From NCBI RefSeq assembly GCF_009914755.1, contig NC_060936.1: a DNA stretch of 64,000 bases; one strand, given 5' to 3'. Both the position numbers and the translations under genes were made by a program. The notes under the pieces are model-generated. The model was not told the DNA's origin. It saw nothing but the letters and a program-made list of their open reading frames with translations, and ran no database searches. The stretch comes from the human T2T-CHM13v2.0 reference genome, Homo sapiens. Every line of letters begins with the position of its first letter. The first letter of the stretch is position 1. This document shows, one piece after another, positions 20,699 to 34,637 of the stretch.

Positions 20699-22656
20699 TC
20701 AAATAATATGTGGTCTTTTGTGACTGACTAACTTTAACTTAGCAGAATAATGTTTTTAGATTCATCCATGTTGGAGCGTGCATCGGTACCTTATTCCTTT
20801 TTATGACTGAAGTATAAAATAACTTTTATAAGACTAAACATTAGTCTTGATACCTCTAGTGGATTAAATATCCATATTAGGGATCCTGGGAAGATGACAG
20901 CAGTGGTAGAATAGTTTCCTAAATATCTATATGACTTTCCCCTAAAACAGAACAAATAGGATAGGAAAACCAAAAACACATAGAAAATGTGTACAAGAAA
21001 ATTAGTTGACTATGTTTCTCTACAAACGCTCAAATACCAGCAGATTGGGAACAAACCATTGTTATCCATACTGGAAGAAGCAGAAGGAAGCAGTGGAACT
21101 TCTGATGGAGCGGAGAATTGTAAATAACCCAAAGGCAATCACTGGAAAGCTTTTTAAAGGGCCGATTTTAGAATACCAGCTGAAATGGGAATTTGGGAAG
21201 GGTATTGCACACATCGATAATGGGTGAGTGAAAGGGATCAGTTGTAAAGTCTGAAGGGACTAGCGCTCCTTCATGAAACTTTAAAAACTAACCAAAGCTC
21301 CCTTCCAGGCCCACTCCTCACAAGAAGAAGGAACCGAGGATACAATTGAGTATCCTCTGAAGAATACAGACCAAGGAAAGAGAAGGTCCAGATAAAAGCA
21401 GGGGAGGTAAACAGGGCCAAGATACCTCAGAAAGCAAGAAACTATATTTTTGAATACTATATGAAAACAACAAGAGGGATTTTTAGAGTATAAAGGCAGA
21501 GTAGCTATTCAGAGCCAAGCCTCTTTCAAAAGTCAACAGTATGAAATGATTGTTGTCAAATGTCATGCAAATTTTTGAAGAAAAACAAGACCCCTTAGAC
21601 AAGGAAATGAAAGCACACCAGAAAGACATACTTAGAAAACAAACAAAAACTGTGAGATATTAAGACAAAAGGCAAGACAGAAGACACTACAATGATAAGA
21701 CATTTCAAAAATTAATTTGCATAAGAAAAATTAAAAAATTAAGTGATAGTGAAGTATTATAAATAAAAGAAAATGGCTGGACATGGTGGCTCACACCTGT
21801 AATCCCAGCACTTTAGGAGGCTGAGGCAGGAGGATTCGCTTGAGTCCAGGAATTTGAGACCAGCCTGGGCAACATGGGGAAACCCTGTCTCTACAAAAAA
21901 TAGAAAAATTAGCTGGATGTGATGGTGTATGCGTGTAGTCCCAGCTACTCGGGAGGGTGAGGTGGGAGGATCACCTGAGCCTGGGAAGGTTGAGGCTGCA
22001 GTGGACTGTGCTGGTGCCACCGCACACCAGCCTGGGCAACAGAGTGAGACCTTGTCTTGGATAAATTAAGTGAATGAATGAATGAAATGAAACAAAATTT
22101 ATTTTAGAAATGAAGACAAATTAGAAGGAACACAAGAGCAAGTAAACGTAACAGATAATACCTTATGAGGGAAAGAAGCTGAAAAGGAGAAAGACATTAA
22201 AAATAAAGAGATGTAAAAAGAATTTTGTAGAAATTGACACGTTGGAAACAAGTAAAGAAAATCCAACATATGTATATTAGGTGTCCCCAAAGAAGAAAAC
22301 TATAGCAAGGGAACAGAATGGGTACTAAAAATTACAATACAAGACAATTTTAATGAAATAAAAGTAGATGGGGAACTAAATTTTGGAAGAGTACAGCACA
22401 TACCTAAGAAAGTGACACGGTAGACCAATACTGAGACATAGTCTAGAAAAATTATTGGACTTTAAAGGAAAAATAAAAATCCTCAGACATACAGGCAGAA
22501 GTCACAAAGTCTCTTACCTTTATAAGTAAAGGAAAATCAGGGCCAGGTGTGGTAGCTCATACCTGTAGTCCCAACACTTTTGGGAGGCCAAGGTGGGGGT
22601 ATCGCTTGAGCCCAGGAGTTTGAGACCAGCCTGGGCAATATAGTGAGACCCTGTCT

Positions 22657-22667
22657 ACACACACACA

Positions 22668-22703
<36 letters not shown>

Positions 22704-22740
22704 ATAGTGAGACCCTGTCTACACACGCATGCATGCACAC
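22657..22740. repeat. (CA)n microsatellite inside an Alu linker
   Basis: CA run bracketed by a duplicated CAATATAGTGAGACCCTGTCTA. Confidence 0.9.
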
Positions 22741-23293
22741 GCTGGGTGTGGTGGTGTGAGCTTGTAGTCCAAGTTACTTGGAAGGCTGAGAGGAGAATCT
22801 ATTGAGCCCAGGAATTGGAGGCTGCAGTGAGCTGTGATTGCACCACTGCACTCCAGCCTGGGCAACAGAGCTAGACAGTGTCTCTAAAAAAAAAAAAGAA
22901 AAATAATCAGATTACTGTCTTTTTTTTTTAAAGACAGGTTTGTTATTGTTGTCCAATGGCGTGCAATGGCGTGATCTCGGCTCACTGCAACCTCCGCCTC
23001 CCGGGTTCAAGTGATTATCCTACCTCAGCCTCCTGAGTAGCTGGGATTGCAGGCATCTGCCACCACGCCCGGCTAATTTTTGTATTTTTAGTAGAGATGG
23101 GGTTTCACCATGTTGGCCAGGCTGGTCTCAAACTCCCGACCTCAAGTGATCTGCCCACCTCGGCCTCCCAAAGTGCTGGGATTACAGGCGTGAGCCACCA
23201 CAACCGGGCTGGTGTACACTTTCTTATCTTAAATATGGAATTTCATTGTCTCCTTTCTCCTATGACAGTAGGGAGGCCAAGGTGGGCGGATCA

Positions 23294-23572
<279 letters not shown>

Positions 23573-24346
23573 TTAGCCCTTCCTGGGGAATCTACTAGAG
23601 AATGGGTGTCAGAATCAGAATGACTAGAGACACATTAAAGACTGGTGATTTGTATTACACGTAACTAAGACCAAATGAGGGTTTGAAAGAAGATATGATC
23701 TGTAAAGGGGTGGGAAGGAGAATGGAGGGATTATATGCAAAACATTTAAAAAACTACTTTCAGTAATAATGTTCGTGGTGGTAGTATTGGTGTTATTATT
23801 TTGAGAATCTGTGTGTAACATGAAATAAAAAGCAAACAAGTAATTGTGTTATTCTAATTCTGTCACAAACTGTCATTGAGAACCACAGCTCTTGGTGTGG
23901 AAGAAAGAAGATAGAGATGACTGATTAGAGGAATGTATGTTTATGTTAGGGGTGGGTGAGGGTTGCAAGTGTTGGTAGCTGAAATAGAGAAAAAAGCTAA
24001 TGTTTCAACTCAAGGAGCTTTTTTAAAGAACAGATAAACCCTCCTTTCACCAGGAGAAAAAAAAATCCCAGGAAGAAGAAATTAGCAATATTAAAAAAAA
24101 TCAATTACAAAGCAAAATCAGCAAAATATTTGGCCAATAAAATCAATTTAATAGTCATTTGGAAAGTCTCATAAAAAAAGAACGTAAAATATTAGAAATA
24201 AGAAAAATGAACATTCTAAGAATATTATGAGTAGTTATGCCTATAAATTTGAAAATCAGAGAATTTGATTTTTTTTTTTTATGGACACATTTTGTCAGAC
24301 ATATAAAGAACTGGAAATGTCTATATGTTGTTAAAATTATTTCAGA

Positions 24347-24885
24347 GTACAGTATCAGAGTACAGGAATGAAATGATGGAAAGCACCCTGTTTTACTTAA
24401 TGAGAGGGGCTACCCTGGATATCACAACTGCAGTTTCGCAGACATGTCTTATATTCCTCAATTTAACTCTCCAGATCCATTCAGCATTTGTGTTTTCCAT
24501 CATAGGGGACCTTTCTGGACAACATGAATGAGCCCCTATGTCGTCTGTCTTCTGATTTGGATGTGGAAATGAGGAGCCCTGGCAGGGAATTGGAGGAAAG
24601 AGGAGAAAAAAAGTCCCGGTCTTGATTCCCCCATCTCATACATTCTGTATGTAGGAGCCTTGGGCTGGCTGGCTGTGTCACTCTTAGTCCTCCTGGTCCT
24701 TCCTTTTAGGCTTCGGGGTGATGAGAGCTGTTCTCTTGTTACTAGCCTGGGTTACTGCATTATCCCTTGTGATTTCCTATAAGCCTCACCCACAGCTTTG
24801 TAAATAGTCCTTATGTAAATAAACCCTCTTTAAATTAATCTAATTTGAGTGGGCCATCTGCTTCCTGCAGACCCTGTCTGACATA
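24347..24885 (+). mobile_element. ERVL solo LTR (LTR33-like)
   Basis: 3' end aataaaccctct...tttgagtgggccatctgcttcctg...ccctgtctgaca resembles LTR33-family termini (recalled). Confidence 0.55.
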
Positions 24886-25187
24886 ACTGATGAAATTAGG
24901 ACTTTTGCATTTGTAGAAAATAAATTTTTAAAGTACAAGTTTTGACTAAGAAAAAAATAGAGTACAGAATATACTGTATAGAAAAATAAGTTTATTGCAA
25001 ACTTAAGAAAAATGGCAAATTTAGAAATTTTTAAAATGTATAATAGAGGTTTATATAGTACTTGATTATTTATCGCATTAGCTGTTAGTATTGATATTTT
25101 TGATTATTTAGTAATTGGATATTGGTATTGTATGTATGTTAAATTTCCTGAATGTAAGTGGTGTGGTGGCTGGCTCCTGGAATCCTA

Positions 25188-25304
<117 letters not shown>

Positions 25305-26408
25305 TTAAAAAAAAAAAAAATCCTGAATGTGATCATTGTATTGTGGTTCTATAGAAGAACGGCCTTGTTCTTAGGAGATGCATGCCACAATGTTTAGAGT
25401 GGAGTATCATGATTTCTGTAACTAACTCTCAAATGGGACAGCAAAAGGAAAAAAGTCTTTGTGTGTACATGTAAGGAGAGAGAGACATAAAGTAAATGTG
25501 TCAAAATGTTAATAAGTGGTGAATTATGTTAAGATATATGAGTATTCACTGTTACCGTTCTTGCAACTTTTTTTGTGGCATTGAAAATTTCAAAATAAAA
25601 AGTTGGAAAATATTTAAAACAACAAAAATTGAAATACTTATTATGGATAAAGAACTTTATTATAAACTAATAAGAAATATATAAAAGGCTAGCATTTGAA
25701 TAAGCAGATCACTAAAGGAGAAATACAGAAAGCCATTAAAGAAAAGGATGCTTGACCTTAATAATAAAGGAATGTAAATTTAAATGAGCTGTCGGTATCC
25801 ATCTATCAAAGTAGCAAAGATTCAAAAAACAATGCTTTGGGAGGCTGAGGCGGGCGGATCACTTGAGGTCAGGAGTTTGAAACCAGCCTGGCGCACATGG
25901 TGAAACCCTGTCTCTACTAAAAATACAAAACCGCTGGGCGTGGTGTCACACGCCTGTAATCTCAGCTACTTGGGAGGCTGAGGCAGGAGAACTGCTTGAA
26001 CCTGGGAGGTAGAGGTTGCAGAGAGCCAAGATGGTGCCACTGCACTCCAGCAGCCTGGGCGACAGAGCAAGACTCCATCTCAAAAAAAAAAAAAAAAAAA
26101 AAAAGCAATGATGTTTAATACTGATGGAGCTGTAGCAAATTGAACAAACTGGTAACTCTTGGAAGTATAGCTTGATTCCCTCTTCTTTGCAGTCTGGCAG
26201 TATCTATGAATGCTTAAAATCTGTATGCTCATTAATAACGGCAATTTAACTTAAATGAACTAAATCTAGTGAGGTAATAAGATAAGTGAGTAAGGTTATA
26301 TGTATAAGCACATTCATTGCAGCATTGTTAAAAACAGCAAAAACCAAAAACCATCTAAATGCTTATCAGTTCGGGTTTGGTTTTATACATAGTAGAATAC
26401 TGTTTTAG

Positions 26409-26528
<120 letters not shown>

Positions 26529-27373
26529 TGAGTAGCTGGGATTACAGGCGCGTGCCACCACACCCAGCTAATTTTTGTATTTTTAGTAGAGACAGGGTTT
26601 TGCCATGTTGGCCAGGCTGGTCTCGAACTCCTGACCTCAGATGATCTGCCCGCCTCAGCCTCCCAAAGTGCTGGGATTAACACAGAAGTAGTTAATGTAT
26701 TGATATGGAACAATATCCCTGATTATTACATTAAAAATAAAAGCAGGTTAGGCCAGGAGCAGTGGTTCATGCCTGTAATCCCAGCACTTGGGAGACTGAG
26801 GTGGGAGGATTGCTTGAGCCCAGGAGTTTGAGACAAGCCTAGGCAACATGGCAAAGCCCCACCTTTACAAAATACAAAAATTAGCCAGGTATAGTAGCGC
26901 GTGCCTGTAGTCTCAGCTACTGGGAAGGCTGATGTGGGAGGATCACCGGATCCTGGGGAGGTCAAGGCTGCAATAAGCTGTGATCACACCACTGCACTCT
27001 AGCCTGGGTAATAGAGTGACACACTGTAATAATAATAATAAAAATAGAAGGTTAGAGAAAAAGATATGCATTACTGTCCCATTTACAGTAAAACAACTAC
27101 ATATTATAGGCATGATTTTATATATACCAATATTGTGTAGGTTTTGAAACCTGGTTGGTGGAGTATCAAAACAGGTGGGATAATTATGGGAAAACAGGGC
27201 TGTTATTTTCTGGTTTTGGCTTAAAAACAAATAGATCATGTAATAGGAAATAAAATTATCTTTCATTTAAAAAGTCTGTGGCCGGGCATGGTGGCTTACA
27301 CCTGTAATCCCAGCACTGGGAGGCTGAGGCAGGTGGATCACCTGAGGTCGGGAGTTCGAGACCAGCCTAATCA

Positions 27374-27861
<488 letters not shown>

Positions 27862-27991
27862 TGAGATAATTATTTTACAGCTCTTCATTTTTGATCTATT
27901 CTTAAAAAGATATGAATTGATTAGATAATTAGAAATTAGTGACTGTAGCATAATTAGAAGTCCTGTGAGAAGTAGTATGCATCTTTCTTAA

Positions 27992-28355
<364 letters not shown>

Positions 28356-30506
28356 TAAAAATACAAAAATTAGCCAGATTTGGTGGCACTTGCCTGTAGT
28401 CCCAGCTACTCAGGAGGCTGAGGCAGAAGAATCACTTGAACCCAGGAGGCAGAGGTTGCAGTGAGCTGAGATCACGCCACTGCACTCCAGCCTAGGCGAC
28501 AGAGTGAGACTCCGTCTCAAAAAAAAAAAAAAAAAAAAAGAAGAAAATAGGCATTGTCCTTTATAACCGTTCTTTTTTGATTAAATTGAAAATATATTAG
28601 GGAATGCTGTGTCTATCAGCAGATTTTAAGTTGCTTACCAAATATGTATCCTATGTTAATTATACTTATATTAATGAGGTTTGAAATGTTGAATGAGAGT
28701 AACGTATTTAATCTTCCTATTTAGTTCAGTATTTGGCTCAGACTTTCTTATTTATAGAACTCTGTAACATAGCTCTAATTATTAAATTACTTTTGCAGCA
28801 GAGTACCATATCTGTTTCTTATCTGCAGAGATCTGTTTTCAATGCAGTTTTATTCTACTTCTTATTCTGATTTAAGATGGGATGATAGTTTTGACAAAAT
28901 TGAACTTATTTTAATTTCTGTGTCTGATTTTTTCATTTACTGTAGGAGCTGTTGGTGGTGATGACTTGAATTTTTTTTTTAATGGGGAAAAAAAACCTCA
29001 TGAGCATCTGCTATGACTCTAGAATGTTAGTCACTGAAGCAAATTAGTGTAGTTGTAGATGTTGCAAGTAATATTTTTAGATAGACTGCCAGTGGCTATG
29101 TGGGAGCCTTTTAATTACATTAGGTAGCTTCTGGGTATGTTATTCATCACTTTGCATTTCTCTAATACTTATTGAAGTTCTGAACCTTGAATTTAATCAT
29201 GTTGGATTAATCTGGGGTTCACCTTCAAATATATAGAATAACACTTATAAAATTTCATCCCCACTGATTTCATCAAATTTACCAAACATCTGAAACTAAG
29301 ACCTTAAGACACTATATGATATTAGGTCTTTCTCTCTCTCTCTTTTTTTTTTTTTTAACTTTCCATTTTCTTCTGTCACCTTGAGAGGGCCCATGATATC
29401 CTGTCTCTCAGAAACTATTTGAATTGTGGGCAGTGTTTCCTTAGATAAAATTGTGCTTGTTAGAAAAGGGTGTACATTTCAGCTATCGTAGTGTCAGCTC
29501 TTTGGTATCTCTTTGTTTTTATGTCCACTATGTTTTGTTGATGTCTCCTCTTAGTGGTTGGTCAGTAAATCTGCCTACCTACTGTTTTTTTCCAAGCTTA
29601 GTGCTGATTTTGTATATATATTTGCTTAAAATGACAACTCAACTACCCCAAACACAATATAGATTATATAAATTTGAGTACTAGATTTCACGTGTTTTAT
29701 TCTAGCATAGACAGTTCGTTAGTTTTTCATCAAAGCTTCTTTATCCTTAGAATAAACAATTCTAGCATATCATAAATCATTCTAACCCAGAGAAAATTAG
29801 AAACCATGAAGCAGATAAACAATATAGTTAGCTAGAAGAGTGTGAACTACCTGACAGCCTGATAATAAGAGAGGAGAAAGGGAAGAAACATAAACTTTCA
29901 AAAAAAAAAAAAAAAAAGAAATCAGTTACTAACATTTTGTGTAGGGATTTTATTTAGCCAGTGAAGGCTTAGTTACATGACAAAGACCTAGGTTACCAAT
30001 AGTAGATTCAGAGTAGTACATTCTAAGATGACATGGAGAAGTATAATCCATCTTAGATGTAGCTTCATCAAAACTGGCTAAAGTAAAATATTTTAGTGTT
30101 TAATATGTATAATTCAATCATCAGGACATTTATTTAGCATAGGATTCTTCATTCTGTCAACTGTGGGATAACTGAGGTGTCAGTATGTAGATTTATGGTC
30201 ATCTCAGCTTGCCCCCTACTTCTGCCCATGTAAAAGAATTTTCTGTTAAATTTTTATTAAAAACAATACTAAACTATGTTTTAGAGTAGAGTGGTGGTTC
30301 AGTTTGAACAGAACTCCACGGTTATCTTTCATATATTTGTAAGAAATAAATCAAGCTTTCCTCAGCTTTCCTTTGAGACAAAATCCAAAAGTAGCATGCT
30401 GATTAAAGGCCAAAATTGTGCTATATATGATACTTCTGAACAGTGTCAGTAGAAATTTGAAAAAAAATGTGAAAAAAAAATTTATTTTGGGGAGAAAAGT
30501 TGTTGA

Positions 30507-30905
<399 letters not shown>

Positions 30906-31230
30906 TTACCCCCATTTCATTAAGTAACCTATTTGTAAAAGCAATCAGTTGCCCCCCAAAAAGCAGTAAAATTACACATTAGAATTAAAGGAAAAAGATA
31001 GGATTAATTTTTCTGCATAGGGTGCTGTGATACACGTAGTAGTCTCCCTTTGGACTGAGTCCACGAAGGTCAAGAGTTAACTTTCTGCAGTGTTCTATTA
31101 AATCCAATGTATGTTTCAAATAAAATACCCTTATATAGTCCAGTCTTAGCTAATGGGGCAAATACTTGCATATACTTACCAACTTTTAAGGTTTTGAAAG
31201 ATGTATTTAGTATATTTTGTAGATTTTTAA

Positions 31231-31506
<276 letters not shown>

Positions 31507-31690
31507 TGAACTCCTGACCTCAGGTGATCCGTCTGCCTCGGCTTCTCAAAGTGCTGAGATTAGAAGTGTGAGCCCCACACTTGGCCCAAATTTTTGAATA
31601 GTGAATTAATTGTGCTTCATTTGTGTCAGAATTAGAAATAATGGTCACATAACTTTTTTATTAATTTTAAAAATTTAATTTTTATTTTTT

Positions 31691-31791
31691 AGACTAGTCA
31701 AGTGCAGTAGTAAGGCGGGAAAGAGTAGAACAAGGAGTTCCATCTGTAACTGACTGAACAGTCAATTGAGATAACTACCTTCAGACAAGCC
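31691..31791 (-). pseudogene. Y1 RNA retropseudogene
   Basis: Reverse complement GGCTTGTCTGAAGGTAG...CAGTCAGTTACAGATGGAACTCCTTGTTCTACTCTTTCCC...ACTACTGCACTTGACTAGTCT matches hY1 with small deletions. Degenerate A tail at 31654-31690. Confidence 0.92.
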
Positions 31792-32109
31792 AGATATAAC
31801 TAATTATATTGGAAAGGTTGTTTCCTAAAAATGTTAAAAATAAGTTATGGCAAGCAATATGCTTTGTTTCTATGACTTAAAAATATTATATACATCCCTC
31901 TAATTCTAGTTGTATTTTGCACTGCGCAGTGGGATTCTTAATTTTTCTTCTTAGCCACTAACTTTACTTTCGTCAGTAAATTTTGAATAATTGAATGCTA
32001 TGTGCATTTGAAATGTGATCAGGTTTCTGCACATTTGAATTTTTAATAAGGTTTAAAATTTTAGGGATAAGCACTAAACTTATTCTGTGCTGTTTCTCTT
32101 TAACTACAG

Positions 32110-32148
32110 ACCCTGCTACATGGAAAAACTCAAGACACCTTTCTAAAG
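32110..32148 (+). CDS. DNM1L: DNM1L alternative exon 3 (39 nt, DPATWKNSRHLSK insert)
   Basis: ctacag|AC acceptor, AAAG|gtttcc donor, frame-preserving phase 1-1. Encodes the known neuron-enriched 13-aa GTPase-domain insert. Confidence 0.93.
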
Positions 32149-33651
32149 GTTTCCTTTATCCATTTGCTTTTGACCCTTTTTTTCTCTTATGCCTGCATGT
32201 GTGCTTATGTACTATTACAGGCTGTGTGTATTTTTTTTTCTTCCATTTTTATTTGCCCATCCACATTGATTGCAGGTTTTAGTGGTTCTTGTTATTTTTT
32301 TTGGCATTGCATCAAAATGCAAGCTTTTTTGGTGGTGAATGTAATTTATTTTATTTTTATTTTTGAAGACATGCTTGTGAAGCCAAGCCTTTTTAAATAT
32401 AATAAGATAAATTAGAAACAGCTCTTTGGTATGTAGTACTTGCATTTTGTGAGTTCTGTTCACCTAGATTACTCCAGTCCTCCAATGAGACTTCTTGGAA
32501 GAAGGTACTAAGCTACAAGTAGGTGAGCATTTTATCTGCAAAAAGGATCCGGTTTTATTTACCTTTATTCCACCAAAGGACCGACTCACTCTTCTGTTTG
32601 TCTGAATATCTTATGATCATTTTTATTTAGACCTCAGGAGGCTGATATGCATTATTCAATACACTTATTAAGATATTTTAACCTTCTCTAAATTTGACAA
32701 AAGCAAAACAGCTGTGTTTGGAGGAGATAAAGTTAGATTATCTTTCCACAATTAAACAGTTCTAGTTTTTCTGGGAAAAACAGACTATATCTTGCTCTCC
32801 AAGTTTTAGACTACTTCACACAGTGCAACAGTGAATCTATTTTCCTTCTTTCAGCAAGTACAAGAGGAACAGACCTATGACTGGAAACTAATGGAGAGTG
32901 GCAACTCCTTACGCTGCATATACCAGGGTTCTTGTTTTTCCTTTTCTTCCATTTTATTTCTTTCCTGCCTCCAGTTCCAAGGGAAAACAGTCTTGACCCT
33001 GGGGGAAAATCACCTTGAAAGTGTGTGTAAATTACAAAGCAGCTAGCTCTATAATAATGAGAGAGCTCTTTAAAGGAACAGCAAGTTGTGGCTCTACAGG
33101 TAACCAACAGGAAACCAAATTTTTAAAAAGAACTGAAGAATTAGCTGTTTCATTGACACATTGTAAAATTTTTCCTTGAGTCATATGTGTACATCTGTTA
33201 CATATGTTTTTTGCACTACTCAGTGGGATTCTTAATTTTTCTTCTTAGCTACTAACTTTATTTTCGTCAGAAAACTGCTTTTATATGTAAGATTTTCAAA
33301 ACTAAAGAATATTCCTTTTACTGTAATATAACTACACAAAAAAATATGAAGAGAAATAAACAATTTTATTTGCAAAATCTAGATTTCAACTAGTGGGAAG
33401 ACCTGTGAGCAGCTCTGCCTGAAGTTGGTCATGTTTTTGAAATACACCATACAATTTTTAAAATATAATTTAGCAGAAAATACAATTTTAGAAAAATATA
33501 ATTTAGCAGACCTTAAAATACTTGTTAACTTGTACTTAATGGCAAAATTAAATACAAGTTAAGAAGTGTTTTATTATGTTGCCTTTTTGAATTCCTAAAG
33601 ATAAAAAGTAGTTTCCATAGTTTCCAATAAATGAGTTTTTCTTTTTTCCAG

Positions 33652-33698
33652 GGGTGGAAGCAGAAGAATGGGGTAAATTTCTTCACACCAAAAATAAG
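33652..33698 (+). CDS. DNM1L: DNM1L exon 4 (GVEAEEWGKFLHTKNK)
   Basis: ttccag|GG ... AAG|gtaatc, 47 nt, in frame. Confidence 0.98.
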
Positions 33699-34121
33699 GT
33701 AATCACACATGCATATAATGAAGAAATAATGTTGAAAAAAATATATTGTATGAATACTTGATAATTTAGTTTCTAATCATTGGCAATTACGTTATTTTAA
33801 AGTAACTATAACTATTCCTTATAAAATAAATCTTAGTAACATTTCTAACCACAATTGTTTATTGGAAAACACTTGAAATTGAGGCCGATTTTCTCTGTGA
33901 TTTGGTGATTCTTAATTGTTGTGGGATCAGGAAGCTTTGAAAAGTTCGTAATGGCCAGGCATAGTGGCTAATGCAAGTAATCCCAGTACTTAGGGAGGCT
34001 AAAGTGGGTGGGTCACTTGAGCCCAGGAGTTCGAGTCCAGCCTAGGCAATATAGGGGGACCCTGTCTCTATAAAAACTAAAAAAAATTAGCCCCGCGTGG
34101 TGGCATGCACCTGTAGTCCTA

Positions 34122-34319
<198 letters not shown>

Positions 34320-34437
34320 TTATTTATTTTCTGAAGCAAATACATAGACATCCTTGAAGTATATGGACTCCCCCTCCAGCTTAAGAACTTTTGATCTTAT
34401 TTTGAATATTATGCTTTTTTATTTCAAAAATTTTTAG

Positions 34438-34575
<138 letters not shown>

Positions 34576-34601
34576 TAATATGTGAAGGGCATTGTAAATT
34601 C

Positions 34602-34637
34602 CTACTCTTGATCTTAGCCAAAAGGCCGAGAAGCGAT
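34602..34637 (-). pseudogene. 3'-truncated U2 snRNA retrocopy (nt 1-36)
   Basis: Reverse complement ATCGCTTCTCGGCCTTTTGGCTAAGATCAAGAGTAG equals the U2 5' end with one mismatch. 15-bp TSD GG(G/A)CATTGTAAATTC at 34587-34601 and 34638-34652. Confidence 0.93.

Noticed and set aside
31691-31791. Functional Y RNA gene
   Set aside because: It has internal deletions, an A tail and no recognisable upstream PSE/TATA type-3 Pol III promoter, so it is a retrocopy.
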